A stretch of 64,000 nucleotides of DNA from Octopus sinensis (lineage: Eukaryota), in assembly GCF_006345805.1 (NCBI RefSeq), contig NC_042998.1:8990001-9054000 (forward strand), given 5' to 3'. Position 1 is the first letter of the stretch, and the number at the start of each line of letters is the position of its first letter. The notes under the pieces are model-generated. The model searched no databases and was not told the DNA's origin. It saw only the letters and a program-made list of their open reading frames with translations. Of the stretch, positions 60,749-64,000 are shown piece after piece. A program made the position numbers and the translations under genes.

Positions 60749-61403
60749 CTACAAAATTAGAAAATGGAGAAACATACTCAAATCAATAAAACATCAACCA
60801 TCAGATGATACCCAATTAATACTTTATTACACCATTACATAACAGTAAAGGCATTATACAAAATATATTGTAAATATAAATAGACAAGGAAATAGAAATA
60901 TAAAATATAAAATATGCGACAGGGAAAGTCGCAAATTATACGGTCTCTTGTATCTGCAGTTTATTAAACCAAATGCAGAAGTCGCACAATCACATGGTTC
61001 CAGCGAATACTTCGGTAAGCACTCTGTCTTATAAACCCAGCTAGCAGGATGTCCAATCAAGATAACAGCAAACCGTTTAGGCTATTACTACTGTGTAACT
61101 GGTGCAAACTGTTAATCCGATATTCGTCACTAATAATTAATTTGGTGTATTAATCACAGGGTATAACACTAATGGAATAAAGAATGAAGGATTATATTCA
61201 TACAATTCTTCTTTAGCTTACATACGTTTCAGATGATTCAGTGAGATGTAACCATTGTATATTCTGGCCTGCATGCTAAATCTTTTCATTAACTAATCGA
61301 CTAATCAATTAGTATATTGAACAGATATCTCCCGAGCAATCTTCGCCAAAGTTTTTAAAGTATTTGTTAGATGTTTTCTGAAATATATACGCAATCAGAT
61401 ATA

Positions 61404-61568
61404 GGCGCAGGAGTGGCTGTGTGGTAAGTAGCTTGTCTACCAACCACATGGTTCCGGGTTCAGTCCCACTGCATGGCACTTTGGGCAAGTGTCTTCTACT
61501 ATAGCCTCGGGCCGACCAAAGCCTTGTGAGTGGATTTGGTAGACGGAAACTGAAAGAAGTCCGTCGTA

Positions 61569-61610
<42 letters not shown>

Positions 61611-61830
61611 TGTGTGTGTTTGTGTGTCTGTGTTTGTCCCCCTAGCATTGCTTGACAACCGATGCTGGTGTGTTTATGTCCCCGTTACTTAGCGGTTCGG
61701 CAAAAGAGGCCGATAGAATAAGTACTAGGCTTACAACAGAATAAGTCCCGTGGTCGAGTTACTCGATAAAAGGCGGTGCTCCAGCATGGCCGCAGCCAAA
61801 TGACTGAAACAAGTAAATGAGTAAAAGAGT
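61404..61830 (+). mobile_element. Full-length tRNA-derived SINE with internal microsatellite
   Basis: A box at about 61413, B box at 61457-61467; ends ggcggtgctccagcatggccgcag...gaaacaagtaaa. Confidence 0.88.
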
Positions 61831-62285
61831 AGTCAGAATTAGCGGAAAAGGATAGCTAAAAGAGAACATATCAGATTCCTCTCATTATTTATTATCTTGT
61901 AGCGAGTTCATACTTTTGGGAGGTAAACTTTTTATCAGATACCAGGGAAATGAAGTCTGTAAGAAAACGATAAGAATATAGCCTGCTTAATGACTACATT
62001 AATTTGTCCGTTAAGGAGGGGAATGTATTTAAGTGTGTGAGGTTATTTGAGTGCAAACCAATTCTCGGTAGACGACTGAATGTAATAACATGGTCTTTCT
62101 AGTTTATTTAAGAATTTCAAGTTTACAACCATCAGACAAAATTTTCTATTTATTTCGTATGAAATAAATAGAAAATGTTATGGGAACTCGGTACATATTA
62201 CGGCTAATATCCAGTGTTGTACGAAAGTAGTTTCACGGATCTTGTCAATCTAAGTCACAGATTTTATAAATAATCTTTCTTAAAT

Positions 62286-62718
62286 AAACAGTTTGAAACT
62301 TCGGATACTTGTTGAATGTGTCATAGGTTTTTCTATTCTGTACATAAAAAAGTTTGGCTACTTTTTCTAGCAGGTCATGCAACCACATACAGGCTCCGTC
62401 GATGGTCTGTCTCAGTAATAATTTTCTTGTTATTTAGCCTCAAATCAACCCTGATACAGCAAACCTATGTTGCTATAAAAACATCTCTGGTTATTAAAGA
62501 AGGGTTTTGTTAGGGGAGTGGACCCGGAAGTTATTGTTCGCAAACAGCAGCAGTAATTTTTTTCAGCTGAATACACGTAATTGATTGGTTTAAATTACCC
62601 AAATACGACAACTTTAACACGAAATAACTTCTAAAATACAAAATTTCGTTCAAAACGTTAGGAATAAACCCTGTTCTATGTGACACATTCTACCAGTATC
62701 CGAAGTTTCAAAGTGTTT
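62286..62718. mobile_element. MITE-like element with imperfect ~38-bp inverted repeats
   Basis: 62286-62323 is inverted at 62681-62718; a related sequence lies near 49035. Confidence 0.45.
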
Positions 62719-63462
62719 AGTTAAGAAAAATTAATTTAAAAATCTGGTCATCAAATTGAAAAGATCCTTCCATTCCTTAACTCTTGTATATGTGTGTATA
62801 TATATATCAAGGATTGAACAAACAGAACATAACAAGGAGAGAAAGTTAGACGAAAGCAGAGCAAACAGGAAACAAGATGAAAACTTAACGGGCGGGGAAT
62901 ATAGACAAGGACACAATGCACGACATATTCGCAGCTGAGTTTTCCGCGTCAGTCAATGACCAAAATATCATCGTGGTTTTGCGCCAATATCATTGAGACT
63001 ACTCAATCTTGGAGGTGCCAGTGCTGTTAAGCTACTGGAAAAAAGCTAGCGAGTGTATACTGAAACAGAAACAAATAAGACCTTATATAAGTACAACAGA
63101 TGAAGATTTATGCATACATAACAATGCGAAGCCTTACGGCTATATACAACAGGAGAAAAAATAATTATAATTATACAAATACCACAAATACAACAGAAAG
63201 AGCTTTGATAACTGGCTCTCCGTCGAATACAACGACGAGTATTCCAGAAACAGCTTGCTCGTGAAATTGACGGGCTGGGCACAACACGAACTCACTTATA
63301 CATAACGTAGTGCTCAATAAAGATTCAACGTGACACAGATTTACAGCTACAACTCATTTTTTTTTCCAGCTGAGTGAACTGGAACAACGTGAATTAAAAT
63401 GTCTTACTCAAGGACTCAGCGAACTTATAAGTGAACAAAACACCTCCACTATTCTACGCGCC

Positions 63463-63496
<34 letters not shown>

Positions 63497-63533
63497 TACA
63501 CATCCACACACACATACATACATATATATGTGT

Positions 63534-63700
63534 ATCATCATCATCATCATCATCGTTTAACGTCCGTTTTCCGCGCTAGCACGGGTTGGACGGTTCGACC
63601 GGGGTCTGGGAAGCCAGGGCTGCACCAGGCTCCAGTCTGATCTGGCAGTGTTTCTACAGCTGGATGCCCTTCCTAACGCCAACCACTCCGCGAGTGTAGT
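63534..63700 (-). mobile_element. 3' end of the RTE family seen at 16640-20567
   Basis: Reverse complement of about 20390-20560, including the (GAT)n tail. Confidence 0.9.
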
Positions 63701-63701
63701 A

Positions 63702-63769
<68 letters not shown>

Positions 63770-63774
63770 ATATA

Positions 63775-64000
63775 TATTCTCTCTTTTATCTCTTTTACTT
63801 GTTTCAGTCATTTGACTGCGGCCATGCTGGAGCACCGCCTTTAGTCGATCAAATCGACCCCAGGACTTATTCTTTGTAAGCCCAGTACTTATTCTATCGG
63901 TCTCTTTTGCCGAACCGCTAAGTGACGGGGACGTAAACACACCAGCATCGGTTGTCAGGCAATGCTAGGGGGACAAACACAGACACACAAACACACACAC
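63775..64000 (-). mobile_element. SINE 3' half (runs off the window)
   Basis: Reverse complement of the 61620-61830 family. Confidence 0.88.

Noticed and set aside
63046-63300. Non-repetitive-looking stretch with short open frames
   Set aside because: No motif, start context or splice pair that I can support.

Overview
AT-rich, microsatellite-dense animal DNA; the SINE, LINE and microsatellite landscape suggests an octopod cephalopod, which is an inference. Only one clear host gene is present: an intronless secreted chitin-deacetylase-like (CE4) gene at 55231-56216 with a 1-nt frameshift and an Asp-His-Asp rather than Asp-His-His metal triad. The rest is nested mobile DNA: three CR1/L2-type LINE families, a near-intact RTE LINE, an RTE-BovB fragment, two Penelope-like elements (one split by a Ty3/gypsy LTR element with a TCTTC target-site duplication and a -1 frameshift pseudoknot), a Merlin/IS1595-type transposon, tandem arrays of a composite non-autonomous Helitron, tRNA-derived SINEs and two satellites. 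The main unannotated signal is a dense set of type I hammerhead ribozyme (HHR) motifs. Five are intact or near-intact (5142-5236, 35408-35493, 48237-48308, 52890-52986, 53642-53739) and several more are variant or decayed. They come from unrelated sequence families but keep a palindromic stem/loop III whose sequence differs between families. One family forms a terminally redundant, fold-back 592-nt retrozyme-like element. Most short ORFs in the ORF track are microsatellite artefacts.
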